From Alphaproteobacteria bacterium (GTDB lineage Bacteria > Pseudomonadota > Alphaproteobacteria > SHVV01), in NCBI GenBank assembly GCA_965247665.1, contig CBDFHH010000002.1:210213-274212 (forward strand): DNA of 64,000 nt, read 5' to 3'. The position numbers and the translations under genes were made by a program. The notes under the pieces are model-generated. The model made no database searches. It was not told the origin of the DNA and was given only the letters and a program-made list of their open reading frames with translations. Of this stretch, positions 18,811-29,696 are shown piece after piece (within the stretch, counting starts at the first letter, position 1; every line of letters starts with the position of its first letter).

Positions 18811-19404
18811 CTAGAACCCGCCTTCGAAAGCGATTTCGGTCACGGCTTTGCGGGTATTGGGGACTTCCATGCTGCGCGGCCCCTCCGGCAAGTCTTCGAT
18901 CTCGCCCGGCCGGCCTACGGCGATCATCGCTTCGACGGCATAGCCGTCGGGCACATTGAGTTCGGTCTTTGCACGGTCGTAGTCGAACCCTTGCATCGCA
19001 TGCGCGACCAGTCCCATCGCTGTCGCCTGCAGAGCGAGATTCTGCCACGCCGTACCGGAATCGAACGAATGCGTGCGGGCCGGATTGCCATTGCCTTCGA
19101 ACGTGGTACGCGACACCAAGACAATCAGCAATCCGGCGTTCCGCGCCCAAGCCCGATTGCCTTCAACCATCAGTCCGAAGAACTTGTCCCAGTGCGCCGA
19201 GTCGCGGGTCGCATAGAGCAGGCGCCAATGCTGCGCGTTATAGGAGGACGGCGCCCAGCGCGCCGCCTCGAACAGCGTCATCACTTCGTCGTCGGACAAC
19301 GCTTCGCCCGACATCGCTCGGGGCGACCAGCGGCGATAGAGCAGCGGTTCAACCGGCCGGTCGGGTTTGCGGTGCTCGTCGATGTCGATATCGGTGGGTT
19401 TCAT
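18811..19404 (-). CDS. nitroreductase-family flavoprotein
   Basis: RRWSPRAMSGE ... FEAARWAPSSYNAQHWR motif. ATG 19404 has an SD (GGAAGG). Confidence 0.85.
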   Translation of the reverse strand: MKPTDIDIDEHRKPDRPVEPLLYRRWSPRAMSGEALSDDEVMTLFEAARWAPSSYNAQHWRLLYATRDSAHWDKFFGLMVEGNRAWARNAGLLIVLVSRTTFEGNGNPARTHSFDSGTAWQNLALQATAMGLVAHAMQGFDYDRAKTELNVPDGYAVEAMIAVGRPGEIEDLPEGPRSMEVPNTRKAVTEIAFEGGF

Positions 19405-19456
19405 GATCCTTCCCCTGCGAGACCGGAGCAAAGCACCGACCGAGCGATCCGTCGCA

Positions 19457-20629
19457 TTATTGTTTCGCGAGCACGCTCTCGGTCAGCTTGGCCCAGTAGC
19501 TCGCACCGACGGCCAACACCTCGTCGTTGAAATCGTAGTGGGAGTTGTGCAGCGTGCAACCGCCCTCGCCGGGTCCGTTACCGATCCAGACATAGGCGCC
19601 GGGACGCTTCTGCAACATGAATGCAAAGTCTTCGGCGCCCATCAGCGGGGTGACGTCGCGGTCGATGTTGTCGGTACCGACGATTTGTTCGGCGGCGTTG
19701 GCCGCCAGCTCGACCTCCCCGGCCGTATTGATCGTCGGCGGATAGCCCGTGTGGTAGTCGAGCTCGACCGAACATCCGGCACCCGCGGCAATACCCTCGG
19801 CGACCCGTAGCATCAACGGCTTGATCGTTTCCTGCACGTCGCCGGTGAAGGCGCGGGTGGTCCCGCGCAGCGTCACTTCGTCGGGGATCACGTTGTAGGT
19901 GTGTCCGGCATCGACCTGGGTCACGCTGACGACGATCGATTCGACGGGGTCGGTCACCCGGCTTGAAATAGTCTGCAGTCCCTGGATGATCTGCGCGGCG
20001 GTCACCACCGGATCGATGCCGAGATGGGGCATCGCGCCGTGTGTGCCCTTGCCCCTGACGATCAGATCGAAGCTGTCGGCCGCCGCCATCATCGTTCCGA
20101 CCTTGGCGCCCATGGTTCCCACCGGCATGCCGGGTATGTTGTGCATGCCGTAGACGGCCTCGAGCGGAAACCGGTCGAACAGCCCCTCCTCCACCATCAC
20201 CTTGCCGCCGCCCTCGTTTTCCTCGGCCGGTTGGAAGATGAAATGCACGGTGCCGGCGAAATTTCGGGTTTCGGCCAGATACTTCGCGGCACCCAGCAGC
20301 ATCGTCGTGTGGCCGTCATGGCCGCAAGCGTGCATCTTGCCGTGGTTCTGCGACCGGTGATCGAACTCGTTCTTTTCGAAGATGTGCAAGGCGTCCATGT
20401 CGGCGCGCAATCCGATCGCGCGATCGCCCTCGACGCTGCCCTTGAGTGTGCCGACCACACCCGTCTTGGCGAGCCCGCGATGCACCTCGAGGCCGAACTC
20501 CTCGAGCTTGGCGGCGACGATGTCGGAGGTGCGATTCTCCTCGAACGCGGTCTCGGGATGGGCGTGAATGTCACGCCGCCAGGCTGTCATCTCCTCGTGA
20601 AAATCGGCAATACGGTTGATAATCGGCAT
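19457..20629 (-). CDS. M20-family amidohydrolase (hippurate hydrolase / N-acyl-amino-acid amidohydrolase-like)
   Basis: 390 aa. Has HACGHDGH and the conserved M20D layout. Confidence 0.9.
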   Translation of the reverse strand: MPIINRIADFHEEMTAWRRDIHAHPETAFEENRTSDIVAAKLEEFGLEVHRGLAKTGVVGTLKGSVEGDRAIGLRADMDALHIFEKNEFDHRSQNHGKMHACGHDGHTTMLLGAAKYLAETRNFAGTVHFIFQPAEENEGGGKVMVEEGLFDRFPLEAVYGMHNIPGMPVGTMGAKVGTMMAAADSFDLIVRGKGTHGAMPHLGIDPVVTAAQIIQGLQTISSRVTDPVESIVVSVTQVDAGHTYNVIPDEVTLRGTTRAFTGDVQETIKPLMLRVAEGIAAGAGCSVELDYHTGYPPTINTAGEVELAANAAEQIVGTDNIDRDVTPLMGAEDFAFMLQKRPGAYVWIGNGPGEGGCTLHNSHYDFNDEVLAVGASYWAKLTESVLAKQ

Positions 20630-20660
20630 ATCCGACCTCCCTATTTCCCCTAGCAGCCGC

Positions 20661-21947
20661 CTACCCCTCCGCCAGGGTAGCCGGTTTCGGCAACAGGCGC
20701 GCCAGTAGAGCGCATAGTCCGGCGATCGTCATCGCGATTGCGACCACGCGAAACATCCATTCGGGGTGGCCGATGGCAATGATCCAACCGAATGCGGCCG
20801 GTGCAATGGCGCCGCCCACGTCGAGTGCCGAGTAGACAAAACCGAACACCCGTCCGGTCGAGCCCTCGGGCGCGACCTTGCGCACGATCATATCGCGAGA
20901 TGGCATCACGATCCCAAACGAAAATCCCGCGGCAAGAAGCACCAACCCGACCACGACGACATCCGGGCGCACGCCCCCCCACCAATTCAGCGTCGCCGTC
21001 GGATCGAACATGACCACCGAAACCGGCACCAGCGAGAAGGCGAGTATGATCGCCCCCCCGCTCATAAAGCCGGCCGCAGTGAGCTTGTCGTGCTCATCGA
21101 TGCGATCCGCAACCCAACCGCCGGGCAGGATACCGGCGACGTAGCCGCCGAGGAACATCGACAACAACCCACTCGCGACCAGGGCTGGCAAGCCGTAATG
21201 GACGGTAAAAACCGTGATCGAGAACGTGGCGAAGGCCAACAGGGTGATCGCGATCATCATGAAGAACACGAAACACGAGAGCACCGCCGGCGACAGCAGG
21301 GAGCGGACGGCCCTGAGGTCGAACACCCGCTCGCCGGCCGCCGCTTTGCGATCAACATCGCTGTCGTCGATTAGGGAATCGCGGAAAATGATGAGCGCCA
21401 CGACCGTCAACAGCCCGGCGCCTCCGGCGACGATGATCGCGACCTGCCAGTCGAACGCGGCCGCCAATCCACCCATCGCGACCGGTGCGGCCATGTAACC
21501 GATGTTGCCGCAGAAGCCATGCCAACTGTAGGCGCGCCCGACAACGCTGGTTCGGACGGACGCCCGGAAGATCGCGAAATCTGCCGGGTGAAAGACGCTG
21601 TTACCCAACCCGGCGATGAACATCAGCCCCATCGCCAGCCAATAGTTGGGAAAGAAAGCAAGCAGGAAGAAAGACCCCGACAGCATCGCCGCGCCGATGA
21701 TCAGCAGGTTGCGAGCACCGAAACGATCGACCACGAACCCCGCCGCGATTTGGGCGATTCCCGAAGCTGCGAACAGCACCGATACCAGCAATCCGAGTTC
21801 GCCGATGCTTACGTCATAAACCTCGACGAGGATTGGGAACAGCGGCGGCAACGCAAACTGGTAGAAATGGCTGAAGAAATGCGCCGCCGAGACGACGGCC
21901 ACGACGTTAACTTCGTTGTCAGAGGTTGTGTTTGCGGGAGCGGCCAC
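20661..21947 (-). CDS. MFS transporter
   Basis: 12 predicted TM segments. Start set at GTG 21947 (VAAPANTT...), because the upstream part of the ORF is Arg-rich and not membrane-like. Confidence 0.75.
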   Translation of the reverse strand: MAAPANTTSDNEVNVVAVVSAAHFFSHFYQFALPPLFPILVEVYDVSIGELGLLVSVLFAASGIAQIAAGFVVDRFGARNLLIIGAAMLSGSFFLLAFFPNYWLAMGLMFIAGLGNSVFHPADFAIFRASVRTSVVGRAYSWHGFCGNIGYMAAPVAMGGLAAAFDWQVAIIVAGGAGLLTVVALIIFRDSLIDDSDVDRKAAAGERVFDLRAVRSLLSPAVLSCFVFFMMIAITLLAFATFSITVFTVHYGLPALVASGLLSMFLGGYVAGILPGGWVADRIDEHDKLTAAGFMSGGAIILAFSLVPVSVVMFDPTATLNWWGGVRPDVVVVGLVLLAAGFSFGIVMPSRDMIVRKVAPEGSTGRVFGFVYSALDVGGAIAPAAFGWIIAIGHPEWMFRVVAIAMTIAGLCALLARLLPKPATLAEG

Positions 21948-22063
21948 GTTCGGAAAATACGCCGGAATAGACACGCGAAGCGTTAGTCTAGCACCCCGCC
22001 AACAAGCCGGCGCGGATCGATTGAGCGCGCGATTGCGCCCGGCGTCGACCAAGGAGCGTTGCG

Positions 22064-22690
22064 ATGCCCACGCCACCCCCAATCACCGGCACCATCGTCG
22101 AAGACTCGATTATCCCCGCCCGCGAACATTGGAGCGGAACTCTGACCTCCGGTCAGATGGTGCGCATCGTCGATCTCGAGGGCGAACAGGGTGTCGATTT
22201 CCTGGTCTACAACGCGCACGATCATCTCGACCGCTATGCCGCCGCCGACACGATGAAGATCAACGGCAAGTTCTTCATCGAGCAGGGCTGCATGCTCTAC
22301 TCGATCAACTGCACCCCGCTGATGACCGTAGTGACCGACACCTGCGGCAAGCACGACACCATCGGCGGTTGCTGTTCGGATGCCATCAACCGCACGCGTT
22401 ACAGCGCGCCCGGGCAACGAAATTGCCGCGACAACTTCTTGTCGGAGTTGGCCAAGCACGGTATGGACGAGCGCGACATGGTCGCGAACCTCAATTTCTT
22501 CGCCTATGTGCCGATCGGTCCCGGCGGAGAGATGGACTTCCGGCCGCCGATCTCCAAGCCCGGCGACCACGTCGATCTGCGCGCCGAAACCGACGTCCTG
22601 ACGATCATCTCCAACTGTCCGCAGATCAACAACCCGGCCGCCGGCTTCAACCCGACTCCGATCCAGGTCACGATCTGGGATCCGTCCTAG
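22064..22690 (+). CDS. DUF1989 (urea-carboxylase-associated family) protein
   Basis: VRIVDLEGEQGVDFLVYNAHD ... GKHDTIGGCCS is typical of DUF1989. Confidence 0.8.
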   Translation: MPTPPPITGTIVEDSIIPAREHWSGTLTSGQMVRIVDLEGEQGVDFLVYNAHDHLDRYAAADTMKINGKFFIEQGCMLYSINCTPLMTVVTDTCGKHDTIGGCCSDAINRTRYSAPGQRNCRDNFLSELAKHGMDERDMVANLNFFAYVPIGPGGEMDFRPPISKPGDHVDLRAETDVLTIISNCPQINNPAAGFNPTPIQVTIWDPS

Positions 22691-23032
22691 CGGCGGGCCA
22701 TGATCCACGACCTGTTTCCGCGCGAAAACGCCATCGCATCGGTGATCGGCTCGTCACCCGGCTCGGGCCGGGCCGGGCAATGACCCGTGCACCGGCGAGC
22801 GCGGGTGCACACGTCGTATGCGACGCCCGCCATTCCGCGCGCCTCTATGGCGCCGCTTCTCGGCCCGGCAGATAATCCCGAGATCGATTCGCGGATATGC
22901 TACCGCACCCCGCCGCTGCAATCAGACATTCACCGGATAAATCCCGGCAACATTGGCGCGATAGGCTGCGTACAAGCGAGCTGCCCAGGGCTCGCTTACG
23001 ATCTTGAATTTTCGATTGTAATATCCATTTTC

Positions 23033-23055
23033 AATATATATTAGTTATATATATT
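23033..23055. promoter_or_regulatory. candidate operator: 8-bp inverted repeat AATATATA-N7-TATATATT in an AT-rich tract 30 bp upstream of padR
   Basis: Read directly. It lies in the only strongly AT-rich stretch (about 23004-23070) of this region. PadR regulators commonly autoregulate through palindromes. Confidence 0.3.
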
Positions 23056-23084
23056 ACGGATAATTTGGATCTTGGGAGCGGCCA

Positions 23085-23672
23085 ATGAACGTCAAGACGC
23101 TGTGCCTCGGAATCCTGTCGCAGGGAGATGCGACCGGTTATGCAATCAAGAAACAGTTCGAAAACGGCTACACCCATTTCTACGAAGCGAGCTTCGGCTC
23201 GATCTACCCGGCTCTTGCCCGACTCACCGAGGAGGGGCTGGTTTCCTGTGTTCAGCAGGCGCAAGAGAAGCGGCCCGACAAGAAGATCTACTCCATCACC
23301 GCAGCCGGGCGCCTCGCCTTCCTCGACCAGCTCGGCAAGATGCCCGGGCGCGACCGCATCCGCTCCGAGTTCCTGGCGACGATGCTGTTTGGCGATCTCC
23401 TGTCGCCGTCTCAGCTCGACAACCTGATTGAGACCAAGCTCACCGAGTACCGCGCCGAGCTCGCACAGATGGAAGCCCGTGACATGTCGGGCGCCAGCGC
23501 GGGCCACGCTTTCGTCCATGGCTTCGGTATCGCGTTTTGTCGCGCCGCGATCGCCTATATCGAAGAGCACGGCCATATGGTGGTGGGCGGCGCTTTACTC
23601 TTGACCCGGTCGACGACCGGCGCTACCGACCGCGACGAACCGCCCTCGGCGCCACGGGAGGCAGCCGAATGA
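23085..23672 (+). CDS. PadR-family transcriptional regulator
   Basis: Winged-helix N-terminus LSQGDATGYAIKKQF ... GSIYPALARLTEEGLV. The stop overlaps the next start (ATGA). Confidence 0.9.
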   Translation: MNVKTLCLGILSQGDATGYAIKKQFENGYTHFYEASFGSIYPALARLTEEGLVSCVQQAQEKRPDKKIYSITAAGRLAFLDQLGKMPGRDRIRSEFLATMLFGDLLSPSQLDNLIETKLTEYRAELAQMEARDMSGASAGHAFVHGFGIAFCRAAIAYIEEHGHMVVGGALLLTRSTTGATDRDEPPSAPREAAE

Positions 23673-24814
23673 ACCGTTCCGTAATCCTCGCGATCCTTGT
23701 CGTCGCCGCCGTCGGGGTTTGGCTGGCGTCCGGCAAAATCACCGGAAGCACCCGCTTCACCGACGCCGCCACGCCGAGCGAGGGCAACGCCGAGACCCAA
23801 GCGGCTGCCCCGGCGCCGAAGGAGCGAGCGGCGGCCGCGGCGGAAAAGCCCCGCCCGAACGGCCTCTTCGCGGTGCGCGTCAAGCGCCTCCAGGCGGCTC
23901 CGCACAGCCGCGCCATCGTCGCCCGCGGTCGCACCGACATCAACCGCATGGTCGACGTCAAAGCCGAGGTCATAGGCCGTGTCGCCGAGGTCGTCGCGGT
24001 CGAAGGCCGCTTCGTGAAGAAGGGTGACGTGCTCGCCAAGCTCGACCTGCGCGACCGCATGGAGCGCCTCGCCGAGGCCAAAGCTCTGGTGGCTCAGCGC
24101 GAGATCGAATACGAAGCCGCCAAGCGGTTGCGGGCTAAAGGATTCCGCGCCGAAACCAAGACCGCAGAGGCCGCCGCGCTGCTCGAATCCGCAAAGGCCA
24201 CCCTCGCCTCAAGGGAACTCACCCTCGACCGCACCGTGATCCGCGCGCCGTTCAGCGGCGTAGTCGAGCGCCGCCATATCGAACTCGGCGATTTCGTCGA
24301 CGTTGGCGATCCTGTCGCCCGCATCGTCGATCGTTCGCCGATCCTGGTGATCGCCGACGTTTCGGAACGCGATGTCGGCTACCTCAACAGCAAAACCAAA
24401 GCCCGAGTCACGCTGGCAACCGGCGAAGAGCTCGTGGGCAGCCTCGAATACGTCGCGAGCGTGGCCGAGGAAGCGACCCGCACGTTCCGTGTCGAATTCC
24501 GCGCCCCCAACCCGCAGCTCAAGATACGCGCCGGCGTCACCGCGGAGTTACGCATTGCGGTCGATCCCGTACCTGCCCATTTCGCGTCGCCGGCCATGTT
24601 GACGCTGAACGACGAGGGCGAGCTCGGGGTCAAGCTGGTCAACAGCCGGAATCTGGTCGAGTTCCACCGCGCCGACATCATCAGCGATGAGCCAAATGGC
24701 GTCTGGCTCGGCGGCCTGCCCGAGATCATTCGCGTCATCACTATCGGCCAGGAGTTCGTCCGCGACGGCGATACCGTGGTCCCGGTCGTCGACACCACGG
24801 CTGATGCCTCATGA
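23669..24814 (+). CDS. RND efflux periplasmic adaptor (MFP/HlyD family)
   Basis: N-terminal anchor, lipoyl-like and beta-barrel motifs (VKKGDVLAKLD ... IRAPFSGVV). Confidence 0.9.
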   Translation: MNRSVILAILVVAAVGVWLASGKITGSTRFTDAATPSEGNAETQAAAPAPKERAAAAAEKPRPNGLFAVRVKRLQAAPHSRAIVARGRTDINRMVDVKAEVIGRVAEVVAVEGRFVKKGDVLAKLDLRDRMERLAEAKALVAQREIEYEAAKRLRAKGFRAETKTAEAAALLESAKATLASRELTLDRTVIRAPFSGVVERRHIELGDFVDVGDPVARIVDRSPILVIADVSERDVGYLNSKTKARVTLATGEELVGSLEYVASVAEEATRTFRVEFRAPNPQLKIRAGVTAELRIAVDPVPAHFASPAMLTLNDEGELGVKLVNSRNLVEFHRADIISDEPNGVWLGGLPEIIRVITIGQEFVRDGDTVVPVVDTTADAS

Positions 24815-27800
24815 AAGCCGTTATCGACGCGGCCATCGATCGCAGCCGCACCGTCTTGATGGCGCTGGCATTGATCCTCATCGCCGGAACCGTTGCCTAC
24901 ATCTCGATCCCCAAGGAATCCGATCCCGACGTCAACATCCCGATTATCTATGTCGGGATGAAACATGACGGCATCTCGCCGGAGGACGGCGAGCGCCTGT
25001 TGGTGTGGCCGATGGAACAGGAACTGCGCTCGATCGAGGGCATCAAGGAGATGCGTTCAACTGCCACCGAGGGCTACGCCAGCGTGCTGTTGGAGTTCGA
25101 CGCGGGGTTCGATGCCGACCTGGCGCTGGCCGACGTGCGTGAGAAGGTCGATGTCGTCAAGGCCGAGCTGCCTCAAGAGACCGACGAGCCCACCGTCAAC
25201 GAGGTCAATGTCAGCCTGTTCCCGGTTATCGTCATCATGCTGTCGGGCGAGATGCCGGAACGTACGCTGCTCCGCCTCGCCCACGACCTGCAAGACGTGC
25301 TCGAAGGGCTGCCCGGCGTATTGGCAGCCAACATCGTCGGCAACCGAGAGGAACTGCTGGAAGTAGTGGTCGATCCGGTACGGCTCGAGAGCTACCGCAT
25401 TAACCAGGAAGAGCTGATCCGCGCGATCGATTTCAACAATCGCCTTGTCGCCGCCGGTGCGCTCGATACAGGCGCAGGGCGCTTTTCCGTGAAGGTGCCG
25501 GGGCTGTTCGAGTCGGCGAAGGACGTGCTCGAAATCCCCGTCAAAACCGACGGCGACGCGGTCGTGACCCTAGCCGACGTCACCGAGGTGCGGCGTACCT
25601 TCTGGGATGCCACCAGCTTCGCCCGACTCAACGGCCGACCGACGGTGGCGCTGGAGATTCAAAAGCGCATTGGCTTCAACGTCATCGACACTATCGACGA
25701 CGTCCGTGCCGCCGTGGCAGACGAGCAGACGCACTGGCCCTCGGCAGTCGAGGTCACCTTCATTCAGGACCAGTCCGAGTTCATCGATACCCTGCTGACC
25801 GATTTACAGAACAACGTCATCAGCGCGGTATTGCTGGTGATGATTGTCGTGCTGGTTGCGCTGGGCATGCGCTCGTCAGCCCTGGTCGGCATGGCGATCC
25901 CGAGCTCGTTCCTGATCGGCATTCTCTACCTCTACCTGTTCGGCATGACCATCAACATCGTCGTGCTGTTTAGCTTGATCCTGGCGGTCGGCATGCTTGT
26001 CGACGGTGCGATCGTGGTGACCGAATTCGCCGACCGCAAGATGGCGGAGGGTAGTCACAAGCGCGAGGCTTACGCGACCGCGGCCAAACGCATGGCCTGG
26101 CCGATCACCGCATCGACGCTGACGACGTTGGCAGCGTTCATGCCGCTGCTGTTCTGGCCCGGCGTGGTCGGCGAGTTCATGAAGTTCCTGCCGATCACCT
26201 TGATCGTCACCCTTTCCGGCTCGCTGCTGATGGCGCTGATCTTCCTACCCACCCTCGGCAGCATTTTCGGCAAGGTCGGCACCTCCAACGAGCGCACGCT
26301 GAAGCGGCTTGCCGCCACCGAGATCGGCGCGATCGAAGACATCGACGGTTTCACCGGCGGCTACGCTCGCACGCTGCACGTCCTGATACGGCGTGGCTGG
26401 GGTGCATCCGCCGTCGTCGCGACGGCGGTGGTGCTGCTGGTCGGGGTCCAGATCGCCTACGGCAAGTTCGGGGCCGGTATGGAGTTCTTCCCCGATGTCG
26501 ATCAGGACAGCGCCTTCGTACTGGTCCATGCGCGCGGCAATCTGTCGAGCGAAGAGAAGGACGTTTTGATGTCCGAGGTCGAGCAACGCGTGATGCTGCT
26601 CGACGAGTTCGACGCGGTCTACACCCAAACCGGCTTCTCGGGCGAGGGTCAGGATCAAGCTGAGGACGTGATCGGGCGCGTCATGCTCGAGTTCAAACCT
26701 TGGCGCGAGCGTCGCCGCGGCGATGCCATCCTCGCCGACCTGCGCGAACGCACCGCCGACATTCCCGGTATTGTCGTCGAGATGCGCAAGCCCGATAGCG
26801 GTCCGCCGACGGGCAAGGACATTCGCATCGAACTGGCGTCACGCAATCCCGAGCTGCTGCCGCCAACCGTGCAGCTCCTTCGCGACCACCTCGAACAAAA
26901 CGTCGCCGGCCTGATCGATCTCGAAGACAGCCGGCCGATCCCCGGTATCGAATGGCAGCTCGAGGTCGACCGTGCCCAGGCCGGGCGCTACGCCTCCAAT
27001 GTCTTCGATGTCGGCAATCTGGTTCAGTTCGTCACCAACGGCGTCAAGGTCGGCGAGTACCGGCCCAGCGATACCGACGACGAGATCGAAATCCGCGTAC
27101 GCTTTCCCGATGCCGACCGGTCGATCACCCAGCTCGATACGCTGCGCGTGCAAACGCCGAAGGGTCTGGTTCCGATCAGCAATTTCGTCAAACGCGTTCC
27201 CAAGCCCAAGGTTGGCCAGATCAACCGCATCGACGGTTTCCGTGTGCTGACGGTTCAAGCCAACGTTGCCGACGGCGTTCTGGTTGACGACAAGGTCAAA
27301 GAGATCGGCGCCTGGCTCGAAACCGGGCCTGTTCCGGCTGGCGTCGACTGGCGCTTCAAGGGTCAGGACGAAGAGCAGCGCAAGGCCCAGGACTTCCTGT
27401 CCAAAGCGTTCGGCGTGGCTTTGTTCATCATGGCGATCATCCTGGTGACGCAATTCAACAGCTTCTACCACGCGTTCCTGATCCTTACCGCCGTGATCAT
27501 GTCGACCATCGGCGTGATGATCGGATTGTTGGTTACCGGCCAGCCTTTCGGCATCGTTATGACGGGGGTCGGCATCATCACCCTGGCCGGCGTGGTGGTG
27601 AACAACAACATTGTCCTGATCGATACGTTCGTGCGCCTGAGGAATACCGGTATGGACGGAATCGAGGCCGTGGTTAGAACCGGTGCCCAACGCTTGCGAC
27701 CGGTGCTTCTCACCGCGATCACGACGATCTTCGGACTGTTGCCAATGGTGCTCAGCATGAACGTCGACTTCCTGGCCCCGGAGATCGCGTTTGGCGCGCC

Positions 27801-27993
27801 GTCGACCCAGTTCTGGGTGCAACTCTCGACCGCGGTCGTGAGCGGTCTCACCTTCGCCACGATACTGACCCTGGTGGTCACGCCGTCATTGCTGGCGCTG
27901 CAGATCCACGGTCGCCGATCGATCGACAATTTCGGCATGCGCTGGCGCAAGCGTTTCCGCCCGTCCACGGTGGACGCCTACCCCGCCGAGTAA
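24811..27993 (+). CDS. RND efflux permease (AcrB/AcrD/AcrF family)
   Basis: 1060-aa, 12-TM protein with two large periplasmic loops. Its start overlaps the adaptor stop. Confidence 0.95.
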   Translation: MKAVIDAAIDRSRTVLMALALILIAGTVAYISIPKESDPDVNIPIIYVGMKHDGISPEDGERLLVWPMEQELRSIEGIKEMRSTATEGYASVLLEFDAGFDADLALADVREKVDVVKAELPQETDEPTVNEVNVSLFPVIVIMLSGEMPERTLLRLAHDLQDVLEGLPGVLAANIVGNREELLEVVVDPVRLESYRINQEELIRAIDFNNRLVAAGALDTGAGRFSVKVPGLFESAKDVLEIPVKTDGDAVVTLADVTEVRRTFWDATSFARLNGRPTVALEIQKRIGFNVIDTIDDVRAAVADEQTHWPSAVEVTFIQDQSEFIDTLLTDLQNNVISAVLLVMIVVLVALGMRSSALVGMAIPSSFLIGILYLYLFGMTINIVVLFSLILAVGMLVDGAIVVTEFADRKMAEGSHKREAYATAAKRMAWPITASTLTTLAAFMPLLFWPGVVGEFMKFLPITLIVTLSGSLLMALIFLPTLGSIFGKVGTSNERTLKRLAATEIGAIEDIDGFTGGYARTLHVLIRRGWGASAVVATAVVLLVGVQIAYGKFGAGMEFFPDVDQDSAFVLVHARGNLSSEEKDVLMSEVEQRVMLLDEFDAVYTQTGFSGEGQDQAEDVIGRVMLEFKPWRERRRGDAILADLRERTADIPGIVVEMRKPDSGPPTGKDIRIELASRNPELLPPTVQLLRDHLEQNVAGLIDLEDSRPIPGIEWQLEVDRAQAGRYASNVFDVGNLVQFVTNGVKVGEYRPSDTDDEIEIRVRFPDADRSITQLDTLRVQTPKGLVPISNFVKRVPKPKVGQINRIDGFRVLTVQANVADGVLVDDKVKEIGAWLETGPVPAGVDWRFKGQDEEQRKAQDFLSKAFGVALFIMAIILVTQFNSFYHAFLILTAVIMSTIGVMIGLLVTGQPFGIVMTGVGIITLAGVVVNNNIVLIDTFVRLRNTGMDGIEAVVRTGAQRLRPVLLTAITTIFGLLPMVLSMNVDFLAPEIAFGAPSTQFWVQLSTAVVSGLTFATILTLVVTPSLLALQIHGRRSIDNFGMRWRKRFRPSTVDAYPAE

Positions 27994-28289
27994 ACGCGAA
28001 ACAAGCCCGCCGTTCAGCGCCCTGGCCGCCCCCGACCGTCGTGCGTATTCTCACGGGTCGCAAAACACCAGGAGGGAGAATGTTCCGCGTCGTGATTGTC
28101 GGGGCCGGCTCGGCCGGCGCCGTGCTGCGGCGGCGGCCGCGTTCAACGGCAGCGGTTGGATCGTCGATGCCACCGTTATGGCGCTCGAATCCAACATCGA
28201 AGAACGCTCGGCGGGTCTCGACAGGTTGGTTACCGCGGACCGGGTCTCGCCGCGGCCATCGCGGCGGCACCGACTTGGCGGGTTGAGCC

Positions 28290-29696
28290 GTGCCGCGCAG
28301 CGCGCTCCCCTCGATCGATCGCCTGCTGCGGCACAACCGCAGCGAAGCGCTCATCACCAGGTTCGGGCGCGCCGCGACCACCACCGCGCTCAGAACCGCG
28401 GTTGCCGAAATGCGGAGCGCCCTGGCCGACGAGGACTCGATCGCGGTGTCCGAAACCGGTCTCGTAAAACGCGCCGCTGCGTTGCTCGCTGCCCAGCGGC
28501 GACCTCACCTGCGACCGGTGTTCAACCTCACCGGCACGGTACTGCACACCAATTTGGGCCGCGCCCTGCTACCTCGGGAAGCGGTCGCGGCAATGACGGA
28601 AGCGGCGACGTGTGCGACCAATCTTGAGTTCGACCTCGATCGTATGCGCCGCGGCGACCGCGACGACCATATCGAGGACGAGTTGCGCGAACTCACCGGT
28701 GCCGATGCGGCAACGGTGGTCAATAACAACGCCGCGGCGGTGCTGCTGGTGCTCAACAGTCTGGCGCAACGCAAGCAAGTGCCGATATCGCGCGGCGAGC
28801 TGATCGAGATCGGCGGTGCGTTCCGTATCCCCGAGGTCATGGCCCGCGCCGGCGCCAAGCTGCGCGAAGTCGGCACGACCAACCGCACGCATCTCGAAGA
28901 CTACGCCGAGGCGATCAGCTCCTCGACAGGGCTGGTGATGAAGGTTCATCCGAGCAACTTCGAGGTGCAAGGGTTCACCGCCGCCGTCGCGGAGACCGAT
29001 CTCGCGGCGCTGTGCCGCGAGCGCGGGGTGCCGTTTGTCGTCGACCTCGGCAGCGGCGCCCTCACCGATCTCAGCCGCTTCGGCCTGCCCCATGAACCGA
29101 CGCCGGCGGAAACGCTGGCGGCGGGGGCCGACATCGTCACCTTCAGCGGCGACAAGCTGCTCGGAGGGCCCCAGGCCGGTATCATCGTCGGTCGCGGCGA
29201 TCTCGTCGCCCGGATCAAGCGCAACCCCATGAAGCGGGCGCTGCGCTGCGACAAGGTCACGCTGGCCGCGCTGTCGGCGGTGCTGCGGCTATACCGCGAT
29301 CCCGACCGCCTCGCTGAACGCATCCCGACGCTTCGCCTGCTGTCACGCTCCGCCGAGGAACTCGCCGCCCTCGCCGAGAGGATCGCAAAGGCACTGGCGC
29401 CTGCCCTCTCCGAAGTTGCGGCGATCGAGATCGTCGATTGCCGGAGCCAGATCGGCAGCGGCGCGTTGCCGACCAAAACCGTCCCCAGCAAGGGACTGGC
29501 CTTGCGGCCCATCACCGGCAAACCCGGCAGCGGCACCGTGCTCAAGCGCCTGCTCGCGGGTTTTCGCGACCTGCCGGTTCCGGTTCTCGGTCACGTGCAT
29601 GACGGTGCACTGGTATTCGATCTGCGTTGTCTCGAAGACGAGGCCCGATTCACCGGCCAGCTCGCGCAGCTTTCGTTCGCGCGGAGTCGGTCATGA
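28290..29696 (+). CDS. selA: L-seryl-tRNA(Sec) selenium transferase
   Basis: N-terminus LPSIDRLLR and PLP-lysine motif [13 protein letters not shown]. 468 aa. Confidence 0.9.
   Translation: MPRSALPSIDRLLRHNRSEALITRFGRAATTTALRTAVAEMRSALADEDSIAVSETGLVKRAAALLAAQRRPHLRPVFNLTGTVLHTNLGRALLPREAVAAMTEAATCATNLEFDLDRMRRGDRDDHIEDELRELTGADAATVVNNNAAAVLLVLNSLAQRKQVPISRGELIEIGGAFRIPEVMARAGAKLREVGTTNRTHLEDYAEAISSSTGLVMKVHPSNFEVQGFTAAVAETDLAALCRERGVPFVVDLGSGALTDLSRFGLPHEPTPAETLAAGADIVTFSGDKLLGGPQAGIIVGRGDLVARIKRNPMKRALRCDKVTLAALSAVLRLYRDPDRLAERIPTLRLLSRSAEELAALAERIAKALAPALSEVAAIEIVDCRSQIGSGALPTKTVPSKGLALRPITGKPGSGTVLKRLLAGFRDLPVPVLGHVHDGALVFDLRCLEDEARFTGQLAQLSFARSRS

Noticed and set aside
28080-28286. 68-codon ORF with a strong SD (AGGAGGG) and an N-terminal Rossmann motif MFRVVIVGAGSAGAV, just upstream of selA.
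   Set aside because: After about 16 residues the translation becomes an Arg/Pro/Ser-rich string. It looks like the 5' stub of a GMC/FAD-oxidoreductase gene whose body was lost. That is not enough to call a functional CDS or a defined pseudogene.
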